From: Candidatus Binatia bacterium
Lineage (GTDB): Bacteria; Desulfobacterota; Binatia; UBA9968
Reading direction: 5' to 3'
Assembly (NCBI GenBank): GCA_036506735.1
Contig: DASXRG010000136.1
Location: forward strand, 17,654 to 81,653
DNA length: 64,000 bases
The notes under the pieces: generated by a model
What the model saw: the letters and a program-made list of their open reading frames with translations, nothing else
Database searches by the model: none
What the model was told of the DNA's origin: nothing
Part shown: piece by piece, positions 48,357 through 57,392 of the stretch
Layout of the letters: every line of letters begins with the position of its first letter
How positions within the stretch are numbered: position 1 is the first letter of the stretch
Position numbers and translations under genes: made by a program

Positions 48357-49231
48357 CGCTTCTCTCCGGTCAGAAAAAGTTTCGGCACCATACGGTCGAA
48401 GCCGAGAATCTCCGTGCGCTCGATTTTGCCGCGCGGCACCGTGAGCAGCTCCCGGCGCGGCGCTTCCGGACGCCGAATCAGAAACGTCGCGCCGTCCTTC
48501 CCTTCCCACACGAGCCATGCCTCCTCGCCGTCGGCCAGCACCTTGTCTCCGATCGCCGCGACCCGCGGCAGCGTTTTGTCGGCGATGAGAACTCCGTAAT
48601 TGATCGGCAACAGCAGGATCTGCACCGCCGCGAGAAACGCGAGCAACGCTCTGGCGAACGCCGCCCGCGCGCCCAGCGGTTCATCGCGGAGCGCCGCCAG
48701 GATCGCCAGGGAAACCGCGCAGGCCGCGACGAGCCCGCTAAAATAGAGCGGCATGAGCGCATCGTCGAGCAGCAGCCTGACGAGCCAGGCGGGCTGCGGC
48801 GGCAAGGCGGGAGCCAGCAGCAGATCGGTGAAGAAGAAGCATTGCCGCATGACGAACTGAATCATAATCACGGCGAAAACCACGCCGAAAACCGCGAGCC
48901 GCTCCGGCTGTACCATCCAGACCGTAGCTTTGGCGCGAGCCGTCTCCGGCACAAGCCTGCCCGCCGACCACGCCAGCGCCGCCAGCGGCAGCGCGACGAG
49001 CACAACGGCCGGCACGGCGGAGACGAGGTAAACGAGAAAACGCGCCCCGGTGAAGAGATATCGCTCATCGAGAACGGCGAGGTCCGTGCCGATGCCGATC
49101 GCGGTCAGATGAAATCTGAGCGCGAGATAACCGAGCACGTATAACAGGAAGCTGCCGACGACCGTGTACCTCGTCCAGTCGCTTCCCAGCGCCTTGACGC
49201 GCTCGCCCAGTTCCTGCAGCAGGTTCGCCAC
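48353..49231 (-). CDS. Hypothetical multi-pass membrane protein
   Basis: About 6 hydrophobic helices followed by a short soluble beta-rich C-terminal domain. Confidence 0.8.
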   Translation of the reverse strand: MANLLQELGERVKALGSDWTRYTVVGSFLLYVLGYLALRFHLTAIGIGTDLAVLDERYLFTGARFLVYLVSAVPAVVLVALPLAALAWSAGRLVPETARAKATVWMVQPERLAVFGVVFAVIMIQFVMRQCFFFTDLLLAPALPPQPAWLVRLLLDDALMPLYFSGLVAACAVSLAILAALRDEPLGARAAFARALLAFLAAVQILLLPINYGVLIADKTLPRVAAIGDKVLADGEEAWLVWEGKDGATFLIRRPEAPRRELLTVPRGKIERTEILGFDRMVPKLFLTGEKR

Positions 49232-49234
49232 TTT

Positions 49235-51766
49235 TTATCGCCCGATCATCGTGAACGCCGCCCAGTAGTACGGATGGCCGTACGCCGGATTGCTTTTCAC
49301 TTTTATGAGCGCCGCGCGCGCCGCCTCCTGCGGCGGCCGGTTGAGCGCGGCTTCGTAAAAGCTTTGCATCCACAGCGCGGTCGCCGCCGAGTCCACCTTC
49401 CAGTGCGACACGACCAGGGTTCCCGCGCCCGCGTAAATCAGCGCGCGCACGATGCCGAGGACTTCGTTCGCGTGCGTCGCCTCGGCGCGTCCGGTTTCGC
49501 ACGCGGAAAGCACGACCAGCCGACTTTTTTCGAGCGGCAGGCCGAACATCTCCGCCGCGGTCAGCTTGCCGTCGTCGCCGGCGCCGCCAGCGAGCGACAG
49601 GTAGGAGAGCATCGGCTCGGCGCCGTCGAATTTGCCGTGCACGGAGAGATGAATCACGTCGAAATCGCGCACCCAGGATTTAACATCGCCTTCGCGCGCG
49701 AGCTCATCGACGACGACCTTGTTGCGCCCGGGAAAAAGTTTCGCGATCGCCTGCACCTCGGGAACCGCCGCGTCGATGCTCGGATCCGCGACCGCGAGCA
49801 GCCTGCCGCCCGATAACCCCGGCGGCCGCCTGAGGCCGAGCAGCACGGAGGCGCTCGGGGCGTAGGTGATCTGAAAACGCTCGCCGAGGTAACGCCCGTC
49901 CGCCGGATCCTGGAAAACCTGAAATGGAACGTAATGCAGGTCTTCGTGCGGGATAATGACCAGCCGCTCGCTGCGAATGCGCGCGAGGACCGGCTGGATG
50001 AGGAAAAGGAACAGCTCGCGCGCGGTCGTTTCATCGAAACGCGCGTTCCGGTCGGCGAGACTTTTTTGCAGCGCGGCGACCTTGCCGATCATCTCGCTCC
50101 GCGGCAGAAAAACGCTGCGCACGAATACCGAGTCGGGCGCGATGTGCCAGACGATGATGCTGTGCTCGAGGACAAGGTATTCGAGCACCTCATAACCTTC
50201 CTCGCGCATCGATTGCTGCAAGGCCTTGAGACTCGCCGGCGCCGAAGTGACGAGGTTCTGCAGCCGCGGCGACTCGACGGCCATGCGCGCGACGACTTTT
50301 TGGTGCTGCGCCTCGAGCGTCCGTATCTGATCCTGGAGCGCGCTCATCTGCGGCGCGTTCTTCGCCGCGTCGCGCTGGCTCGCGATTTCGAAGAGCCGGC
50401 TCTGCGCGTCGGCGATCCGGGTTCGGAGCACCGTCGATTCCGCGTAGAGCTTTTGTTCCTCGGGCCGTTCGAGCCCGAGCTTGCGGCTGGCGAGCAGATC
50501 GGCGAGCGCCCGGGAGCGCGAACGCTCGAACAGCTCGAAGGCCTCGGCGTAACGGCGGCGCTCGAGCAACTGCTGGATCGGCGCGTAGTAGAAATTGATC
50601 CGGTCCTCGAGAAAAGTGCCCCGGCTGCGCTCGTCGCGCAGCGCCCGGCGGTCGCTTTCGAGCGTCTCGACCGCTTTCAAGAAATCCGCCAGTGCCGCGT
50701 CGTTGTTGCCGCGCAGCTCGTTCATCATGCCTTCGGTGAAATGGGTCCGCGCCTGAACGACGTCGGCAAAGCCGCCCGCCTGCTGCTCCATGCGCTTGGA
50801 AGCCTGGTAGATCTCGTTGAGCATCGGCGGAATTTCTCCGGGCGGCGGGACAAATTTTTCCGTCACCAGAACGTCGGCGGCCTTCTTCGGATGGAACACG
50901 CCGGTCTTTTGCACGGTCTGGTGCATGCGTTCCTGGGACTGGATCAGGCCGCGGCTCGCTTCGACGTTGCCGATCAGGCCCTCGGTCTGGCGCGCGAGCC
51001 CGGAGTAGCCGAGCTTGCGGACGATCGCGAGCCCCTGCTCGAGGTCGGCGCGCGCGCGGTCGAGCGCCTGATAGCACGGCTCGAACGAGCGCTGGAAATC
51101 GCATTTTCCGCCGGTTTTGAAATACACGTCCGACCGGTTCAAGTAGGCAAAATACGAAGCCATCGGATCTTTCGCCTGTGCGGCGACCGTGACCTCGCGG
51201 TTGAGAGTATCCGACGCGCCGGCGAGGTTGCCCTGCGCGATCTGGACGGTGCCGAGCACGTCCAGCGCGCGCGCCAGCACGTCCTTGTCGCTGATGCCTT
51301 CCGCAAGCCGCACGGCTTGCGTCGCATCGGCGAAGGCCTGGCCGACGTTTCGCCGCGAAGATTCGGCGAGCGCCTTCCACGCGAGCGCGTCCGCCTGATG
51401 CGCCACGTTTCGAGCGCGCTTGGCGGCCTCTTCGGCCTGCTGGTATAACGCGATGGCATTCGGCCACTGGCTTTGCATCCGATAAATGTGGCCCTGTTTG
51501 GTCAAGCCGAGCGCGAGCGCCGGCCAGTCGCCGCGGGCGGCGAGCATTTGGTTGCTGGCGCCGAGCTCCGCGTCCGCCTGCGCGAGGTCGGAGAGCCGCG
51601 AGCGCGGGTCGCCGGTTTTGCGAAACTGGTCGACAAATCCGTCGATGCGCTCGATCGCGCGCTTCTGCAAGGCGATCGGATCGCTTTGGGCGCGGGCAGA
51701 TTGCGCCGGCAGGAGCAGACACAAAAACAGCGCCGTAAATACGAAAGTGAAATCGCGTCGATCCAT
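49235..51766 (-). CDS. Exported TPR-CHAT (caspase-HetF-like) protease
   Basis: Signal peptide MDRRDFTFVF...SARA; helical TPR region; ERSRSRAL, LVIIPHEDLHYVPF, HLSVHG, LSACETG, HPYYWAAF; His/Cys dyad intact. Confidence 0.92.
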   Translation of the reverse strand: MDRRDFTFVFTALFLCLLLPAQSARAQSDPIALQKRAIERIDGFVDQFRKTGDPRSRLSDLAQADAELGASNQMLAARGDWPALALGLTKQGHIYRMQSQWPNAIALYQQAEEAAKRARNVAHQADALAWKALAESSRRNVGQAFADATQAVRLAEGISDKDVLARALDVLGTVQIAQGNLAGASDTLNREVTVAAQAKDPMASYFAYLNRSDVYFKTGGKCDFQRSFEPCYQALDRARADLEQGLAIVRKLGYSGLARQTEGLIGNVEASRGLIQSQERMHQTVQKTGVFHPKKAADVLVTEKFVPPPGEIPPMLNEIYQASKRMEQQAGGFADVVQARTHFTEGMMNELRGNNDAALADFLKAVETLESDRRALRDERSRGTFLEDRINFYYAPIQQLLERRRYAEAFELFERSRSRALADLLASRKLGLERPEEQKLYAESTVLRTRIADAQSRLFEIASQRDAAKNAPQMSALQDQIRTLEAQHQKVVARMAVESPRLQNLVTSAPASLKALQQSMREEGYEVLEYLVLEHSIIVWHIAPDSVFVRSVFLPRSEMIGKVAALQKSLADRNARFDETTARELFLFLIQPVLARIRSERLVIIPHEDLHYVPFQVFQDPADGRYLGERFQITYAPSASVLLGLRRPPGLSGGRLLAVADPSIDAAVPEVQAIAKLFPGRNKVVVDELAREGDVKSWVRDFDVIHLSVHGKFDGAEPMLSYLSLAGGAGDDGKLTAAEMFGLPLEKSRLVVLSACETGRAEATHANEVLGIVRALIYAGAGTLVVSHWKVDSAATALWMQSFYEAALNRPPQEAARAALIKVKSNPAYGHPYYWAAFTMIGR

Positions 51767-51964
51767 AAGCGCTCCCGGCCGGGTGGCACTGAAAATCAAA
51801 CGTTAATCGCCGCGGCTGCCTCGCCGAAGTAGTGTGACGTAAATTAAGTCAATTGAGGCGAAGCGTCAAGCGAGAACGGCCACACACGCCGACAAAAGCG
51901 CGTTCTTGCGGGCTAGGGTCGTATCTTGTAAGAACAGCTACACGATCGCAGAAAGGAGTTAACG

Positions 51965-53074
51965 ATGGACGTACGAGCGGCGGTGGCGTTCGCGCCGGGC
52001 CAACCACTCAAGACTGAAACCGTAAAACTGGAAGGTCCGAAAGACGGCGAAGTCCTGATCGAGATCAAGGCGACCGGAGTCTGCCACACGGATGAGTTCA
52101 CGCGCTCGGGCGGCGATCCGGAGGGACTCTTCCCGGTAATTTTCGGCCACGAGGGCGCGGGCATCGTCGTGGATGTCGGACGCGGCGTGACTTCAGTTGC
52201 GAAGGACGATCATGTCATCCCGCTCTACATCCCTGAGTGCCGCAACTGCAAGGCGTGCCTGTCGGGCAAAACGAATCTCTGCACCGCGATCCGTGCGACC
52301 CAGGGCAAAGGCGTGATGCCGGACGGGACCAGCCGGTTTTCGCTCGGCGGCGAGAAGCTGCACCACTACATGGGCTGCTCGACGTTCGCCAACTACACGG
52401 TGCTGCCGGAGATCGCCGTCGCGAAAATTCGCAAAGACGCGCCGTTCGACAAAGTCTGCTACATCGGCTGCGGCGTGACGACCGGAATCGGCGCGGTGCT
52501 CAACACCGCGAAAGTCGAGCCCGGCGCGAGCGTGGTCGTGTTCGGCTTGGGCGGCATCGGCCTCAACGTCGTGCAAGGCGCGCGCATGGCCGGCGCGAAC
52601 CGGACCATCGGCGTCGATATCAATCCGAAGCGCGAAACGCTGGCGCGGAAATTCGGCATGACGGACTTCGTCAACCCGAAAGAAGTCGCAGGCGATCTCG
52701 TCGCACACCTCACGGACCTCACCGACGGCGGCGCCGACTACAGCTTCGAGTGCATCGGCAACGTGGACGTGATGCGCCAGGCGTTGGAGTGCTGCCACCG
52801 GGGCTGGGGCGTGTCGACGATCATCGGCGTCGCCGGCGCGGGACATGAGATCAGGACGCGCCCGTTTCAGCTCGTCACCGGCCGCGTCTGGAAAGGCACC
52901 GCCTTCGGCGGCGCCAGAGGCCGCACCGACGTGCCGAAATTCGTCGATTGGTACATGGAAAAGAAGATCAACATCGACGACCTCATCACCCACACGATGC
53001 CGCTGGAAAAAATCAACGACGCGTTCGATCTGATGCACTCAGGAGAGTCGATCAGAAGTGTGGTGATCTATTAG
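51965..53074 (+). CDS. frmA: S-(hydroxymethyl)glutathione dehydrogenase / class III alcohol dehydrogenase
   Basis: [46 protein letters not shown]. Confidence 0.97.
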   Translation: MDVRAAVAFAPGQPLKTETVKLEGPKDGEVLIEIKATGVCHTDEFTRSGGDPEGLFPVIFGHEGAGIVVDVGRGVTSVAKDDHVIPLYIPECRNCKACLSGKTNLCTAIRATQGKGVMPDGTSRFSLGGEKLHHYMGCSTFANYTVLPEIAVAKIRKDAPFDKVCYIGCGVTTGIGAVLNTAKVEPGASVVVFGLGGIGLNVVQGARMAGANRTIGVDINPKRETLARKFGMTDFVNPKEVAGDLVAHLTDLTDGGADYSFECIGNVDVMRQALECCHRGWGVSTIIGVAGAGHEIRTRPFQLVTGRVWKGTAFGGARGRTDVPKFVDWYMEKKINIDDLITHTMPLEKINDAFDLMHSGESIRSVVIY

Positions 53075-53132
53075 GCGAGAGGCTAGCGGCAACAGGCGAG
53101 AATTCTTTCGTTCATGCCTCGCGCCTCACGCC

Positions 53133-53921
53133 TCACGCCTTCTTGATGCCGCGGACGGCGCGCGCCCTGCCATTCAGTTTAAACGGTCGATCAGGACCAG
53201 CGCCGATAACTCTTTCACGCACCCGCGCGCGCACAGCTTCCTGCTGTTCGGCAGGCAAACTGACGAAGTAAGACCCGCCCGATCCCTGGCCGCCATAGAA
53301 CGGCGCCCAGAAATCGTCGAACGACTTAAACTCGGGCGATATGACCAGTGGCTTTTCTTCGACGTCGGTAAATCCAACTTCGTGCCACAAAGCTGAAAGT
53401 TGGTCCTTGACGTAAAGCCGCTCATCCCGCGTCTGTTTGCCGGCGGGATCGATTTCCGCCGCGCTGTCCCAAAACACCGAATGGAGCTCATTCTCGTCCC
53501 GGTCCCAAACGGCCGCCGCTACGATTCCTCCCCGCCGGGCGACCCGGCTCATTTCGCATAGTGCGCCGCGAGCGTCCGGAATCAACTGAATGACGAGGAG
53601 AGCGAGGCATTTGTCGAACGAGCCGTCGGGATAAGGCAGGCTCAGAGCATTGCCGATGTCGAAGGTGACGCGCGGATCGCTCGCGCGGGAGCGGGCATAT
53701 TCAATGAAAGCCTCCGATCGGTCGATGCCGACGATCTCGCTTCGAGCCCGCCGGGCTGCGGCGGTGAAAGCGAGCCCTCCCGTCCCGCAGCCGACGTCGA
53801 GCAGCCGTTCGCCGTCTTTGATGCCGACAAAATCGATAAACGGCCCGGCCAATAGCTGGCTGTAACGGCCGGTGCGCTGATTGTAGGCTTCAGCGTTGGA
53901 AAACCCGCCGGGTTTGCTCAT
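53133..53921 (-). CDS. Class I SAM-dependent methyltransferase
   Basis: LLDVGCGTG, LPYPDGSFD, VWD. Confidence 0.92.
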   Translation of the reverse strand: MSKPGGFSNAEAYNQRTGRYSQLLAGPFIDFVGIKDGERLLDVGCGTGGLAFTAAARRARSEIVGIDRSEAFIEYARSRASDPRVTFDIGNALSLPYPDGSFDKCLALLVIQLIPDARGALCEMSRVARRGGIVAAAVWDRDENELHSVFWDSAAEIDPAGKQTRDERLYVKDQLSALWHEVGFTDVEEKPLVISPEFKSFDDFWAPFYGGQGSGGSYFVSLPAEQQEAVRARVRERVIGAGPDRPFKLNGRARAVRGIKKA

Positions 53922-53927
53922 AACTCG

Positions 53928-54710
53928 TTATCTAACGCCGCGGACAGCCCAGGCTTTCGCTCGCAGTTTGAACGCTCGGTCGGGGCCGGCGCCGAACACT
54001 TTCTCGCGCACGCGATTACGCAAGGTTAGCTGTTTGTCGACAGATAGACTGGCCAAGTAAGAACCGGCCGGACCTTGGCCTTCGACCAACGGCTTCCAGT
54101 ACTCGTCAAACGATTTAAATTCAGGCCAAAGGAGCAATGCCGTTTCATCAATGCCGGTAAACCCGCCTTCGACCCATAAGCCTGCGAGTTGACCCGCGAC
54201 GTAACCCCGGGTCTCCCGCATCTTTCCAGCCTCCGGGCTGATTTCAGCCGCGCTATTCCAGAAGAAAGTGTGAAAGTCATCCTCGTCCCGGTCCCAAACG
54301 CATGCCGCTACAGTTCCCCCCTGCCGGGTCACCCGTCGCATCTCGGATACCGCTCTCCGGACATCTGGAATGAACTGGACGACGAGCAAAGATAGGGATT
54401 TGTCGAAGGAACCGTCAGTATAAGGAAGGCTCAGAGCGTCGCCGACCTCGAACCTTAAGCGCGGCTCGCTCGTCTGCGCGCGGTCGTATTCGATAAAGGA
54501 TTCTGATCGATCGATTCCAACAATCTCGCTTCGAGGATTCAGGGCTGCGGCGACAAACGCAAGCGAGCCTGTGCCACAGCCGACATCGAGCAGGCGCTCG
54601 CCGTCTTTGACGCCGGCAAAATCGATAAATTGTGGCGCCAACAGCCGGCTGATACGGCCGGTGTGGCGATTGTATGCTTCCGCGTTGGAAAACCTGCCGG
54701 TCAATTTCAT
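53928..54710 (-). CDS. Class I SAM-dependent methyltransferase (tandem paralog)
   Basis: ATG 54710, FSNAEAY, LLDVGCGTG, ends AWAVRGVR. Confidence 0.92.
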   Translation of the reverse strand: MKLTGRFSNAEAYNRHTGRISRLLAPQFIDFAGVKDGERLLDVGCGTGSLAFVAAALNPRSEIVGIDRSESFIEYDRAQTSEPRLRFEVGDALSLPYTDGSFDKSLSLLVVQFIPDVRRAVSEMRRVTRQGGTVAACVWDRDEDDFHTFFWNSAAEISPEAGKMRETRGYVAGQLAGLWVEGGFTGIDETALLLWPEFKSFDEYWKPLVEGQGPAGSYLASLSVDKQLTLRNRVREKVFGAGPDRAFKLRAKAWAVRGVR

Positions 54711-54717
54711 GAGTGAT

Positions 54718-55461
54718 TTACGTCTTTTTCTTGCTGAGCCTGAACGGGATGATCTTCGGCACCTGCTGCTGATATTGCCTGTAGGCGTCGCCGAAGAAAC
54801 TGACCAGATCTTTCTCCTCGTATTTAATCGCGCGCAGAATATATCCAGTGGTGACGATGGCAAATAGCAAGTGGCCAACGGTCATCGTCGGCGTCGACCA
54901 GAAGGCAAAAAACCAGCCGAGATAAAGCGGGTGGCGCACGTATTTATAAAGACCGGGCGTCTTGAAGGTCACCGGCGTGGGCTGTTTCCCTATGAGGTGA
55001 AGAAAAACCTGGCGCAAGCCGAAGAGATCGAAGTGGTTGATCAAAAATGTGCTCGTCAGGACAAGGAGCCAGCCGAGCGCAAAGAGCGCCCATAAGATAA
55101 AGCGCCCTGCCGGATTCTCCACGTTCCAAATGACGCCGGTCATCGGCCGCCACTGCCAGAAGAGAAGGATCAGCAGCAGGCTGGAGAGCAGGACATAAGT
55201 GCTGCGCTCCGCCGGCTCGGGGATGATCTTCGTCCAAGCGCGCTTGAATCCCTGACGCGCCATCACGCTGTGCTGAATCGCGAAGAGTCCCAGCAGCGCG
55301 ACGTTGATCACCAGCGCCTGGCCGCGCGGGCCTAGCACGCCGCCGTCGATACCTTTTGGAACGAGAAAATTACTCAGGAACCCGATTGCGTAAAGAAAAG
55401 TTCCCAGGAATATAAGGTAGCAGACCACACCGTAGATAAAGATAAAAACACGCCCCACCAT
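54718..55461 (-). CDS. mddA: Methanethiol S-methyltransferase (MddA, ICMT-like membrane enzyme)
   Basis: QHSVMAR, ERSTYVL, INHFDLFGLRQ, VRHPLYLG, PTMTVGHLLF, EEKDLV; GGAGG RBS. Confidence 0.88.
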   Translation of the reverse strand: MVGRVFIFIYGVVCYLIFLGTFLYAIGFLSNFLVPKGIDGGVLGPRGQALVINVALLGLFAIQHSVMARQGFKRAWTKIIPEPAERSTYVLLSSLLLILLFWQWRPMTGVIWNVENPAGRFILWALFALGWLLVLTSTFLINHFDLFGLRQVFLHLIGKQPTPVTFKTPGLYKYVRHPLYLGWFFAFWSTPTMTVGHLLFAIVTTGYILRAIKYEEKDLVSFFGDAYRQYQQQVPKIIPFRLSKKKT

Positions 55462-55612
55462 AGAAGACCTCCTTCCCGAAGGTTCTAACCGCTGGTAAAG
55501 ATCCCGGCGGGCCGTGTGAAACAACTCGAAGATGTGGCCGGATCGAGCGAGCCAGCCATAATAGCTCCCATGAAATTAGGATGGGACGGCAACGGTTGTC
55601 AAGAAAATAGTA

Positions 55613-55852
55613 TTATGTAGAAGAGCGCGAATGCTTAACGCACGCCGCGCGCGCCGCCCACGCGTGGCGCGGCGCCGCAGCCGCGAGCGTGTAGGTAAGC
55701 GATCCGGTGCCGCAGCCGACATCGAGCAGGCGCTCGCCGTCCGCGATTCCCACGAAGTCGACGAAGCGCCGCGCGAAGAGCCGGCTCCACCGTCCCATGT
55801 AGCGCTCGTAACCCTCGGCGTTGGAAAAATTAACTGTCGGATTCGTCGTCAT
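55613..55852 (-). pseudogene. Third methyltransferase paralog with a large internal deletion
   Basis: FSNAEGY...LLDVGCGTG joined directly to the family C-terminus AWAAR-[gc]-GVR-stop. Confidence 0.8.
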
Positions 55853-55862
55853 CGCGCAAAGC

Positions 55863-56174
55863 TCAACGCCAGTCCCTATCCGGAGGGATCACGTTCTTGC
55901 CGAAGCGCCGCTCCGCCGGCGCGGCGAGCCAGGATTGTGTTTTTTCGAAGTAGAGTTTGAAGTGCGGTGTTTGGCGATGCGCTTCCAGCGCCGCTTCGTC
56001 CTTGTAAACTTCGTAAAAATAAAAACGGTTGGGATCGTCGCGGTCCTGGATCACGTCGAAGCGCACACAACCGGGCTCCTGCTGCGAATGTTCCGCGTCG
56101 TAGCGCGCCATCTCCAAGAATTCGGCGGCGTGCTCCGGCTTTACCTGAAACGTCACCTGCAGCACGACCATCAA
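55863..56174 (-). CDS. Antibiotic biosynthesis monooxygenase / LsrG-like protein
   Basis: EPGCVRFDV, FYEVY, AHRQTPHF. Confidence 0.9.
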   Translation of the reverse strand: MMVVLQVTFQVKPEHAAEFLEMARYDAEHSQQEPGCVRFDVIQDRDDPNRFYFYEVYKDEAALEAHRQTPHFKLYFEKTQSWLAAPAERRFGKNVIPPDRDWR

Positions 56175-56188
56175 GGTACCTCGCGACT

Positions 56189-56632
56189 CTACTTTGCGGG
56201 GATAAGGTCAAATTTTCCGGACGCTTCTTCGTAGAACAGCGCGCCTTCTTTCGCGTCCCCGCCGCTCCAGTGCTTCAATTTGCCGGGAATTCGGATGAAG
56301 CTGCCCGGGCCTACCCGTTTCTCACCCGCGTCGTCCTTATACAGGTATGCGCCTTTGATGACGACGAGCCAAACGTCGTTCGTGTGCGTGTGCATCCCGG
56401 CATCCATCCCCGGTTTGAATTTCGTGAACGCGCCGTACGGTCCCTTGTCGGGATTACCCCAAAGCACCGCCCTGGTTACGCCCGGAACTACTTCCTTATA
56501 CTTGGCCTCGTCCGCAGTGGCGAAGATCGCCGGCTTGGCTTTGGTTTGTTTTTCCGCGCTCTCGGCGAAGCCGATCCATGACGTAGCGGCTAGTTCAACC
56601 GCCAATCCAAAAACTATCAAAAACTTTTTCAT
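56189..56632 (-). CDS. Exported cupin-domain protein (DUF4437/ChrR-like)
   Basis: MKKFL signal-like N-terminus; LWGNP, HTHT, PGKLKH. Confidence 0.8.
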   Translation of the reverse strand: MKKFLIVFGLAVELAATSWIGFAESAEKQTKAKPAIFATADEAKYKEVVPGVTRAVLWGNPDKGPYGAFTKFKPGMDAGMHTHTNDVWLVVIKGAYLYKDDAGEKRVGPGSFIRIPGKLKHWSGGDAKEGALFYEEASGKFDLIPAK

Positions 56633-56732
56633 GGCACCCTCCTGTTGTCGGAACCCTACCGCGAAGTGCAACGGGTTGTAATTGCCATAACGGAAGCCCG
56701 ACAAGTGGTCAAGGTGTCCTAATCAGATGAGC

Positions 56733-57323
56733 CTAAAACGGCAACGCTATCTGCTCCCCCGCCTTGGGCTCGGCGCGTGGACGTTGCGCCAATGCTTTGA
56801 TGCGTCCCTCGAGCCATTGAATATAGAATCGATGGGTCTTCCGCTTCTGCAGCGCGGCGATGCAGAGGCGGCGAACTGATTGCGAATACGCCGGCCAGTT
56901 TTCTCGCATGACGCGCGGCAGGCGAATGTACGTCGGCGCATCGTCGCAAAACAAATTGCTCCGCGCTAGCGTCCAGATGTCGCACTGCTTCTCGCCGTAA
57001 GGAATCGTACCGCCCTTCCCTACTTTCTTTTCCTTCCAAGAAATCTTCGACAGCCCTTGCAGCAAGTGCGTCATCTCGTGGCCGATCGTATTGTAGGTGA
57101 GCGTTTTGACTTTGAGGCGGATCGTGAGCTTCGCCGCGGCTTCGGCGCGGAGCGGCACGAGCGCGCTGCCGAGATGCGCCGCCGTGTAACCGACGGTGAT
57201 TTTTTTGCCCTGCAGCTCGGGAAAATGGCGCAACGCGTTTTGCAGCATGTCGATGACGCGGCGGGAGAGCCGCTTTTTCATCCGCGGCGTGAAGAGGAAA
57301 GGGAATTCCGGCGCGCGACTCAT
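56733..57323 (-). CDS. Hypothetical basic protein with HExxH (possible Zn metallopeptidase)
   Basis: IGHEMTHLLQ followed by GEKQCD. Confidence 0.7.
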   Translation of the reverse strand: MSRAPEFPFLFTPRMKKRLSRRVIDMLQNALRHFPELQGKKITVGYTAAHLGSALVPLRAEAAAKLTIRLKVKTLTYNTIGHEMTHLLQGLSKISWKEKKVGKGGTIPYGEKQCDIWTLARSNLFCDDAPTYIRLPRVMRENWPAYSQSVRRLCIAALQKRKTHRFYIQWLEGRIKALAQRPRAEPKAGEQIALPF

Positions 57324-57392
57324 TGATCGCGACGATTTTACGCGATTTGGCGGCGGCGGAAAAGAGTTTTTTTGAGCAGAGAACCCGGTGCG

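Larger units (their letters stand above)
47174..52123. mobile_element. Putative 4,950-bp inserted island bounded by direct copies of the frmA 5' end; no integrase seen
   Basis: Imperfect direct repeat 46993-47173 versus 51942-52123; core 47109-47162 matches at 52/54 nt; cargo on the opposite strand. Confidence 0.55.

Noticed and set aside
49934-51722. 504-aa and 510-aa ORFs overlapping the CHAT gene
   Set aside because: Antisense and alternate-frame shadows with Arg/Ala/Gly-rich, non-protein-like composition
49235-51766. CHAT protease as part of a type III-E CRISPR (Craspase) system
   Set aside because: No cas genes or array in the window, and the protein carries an export signal
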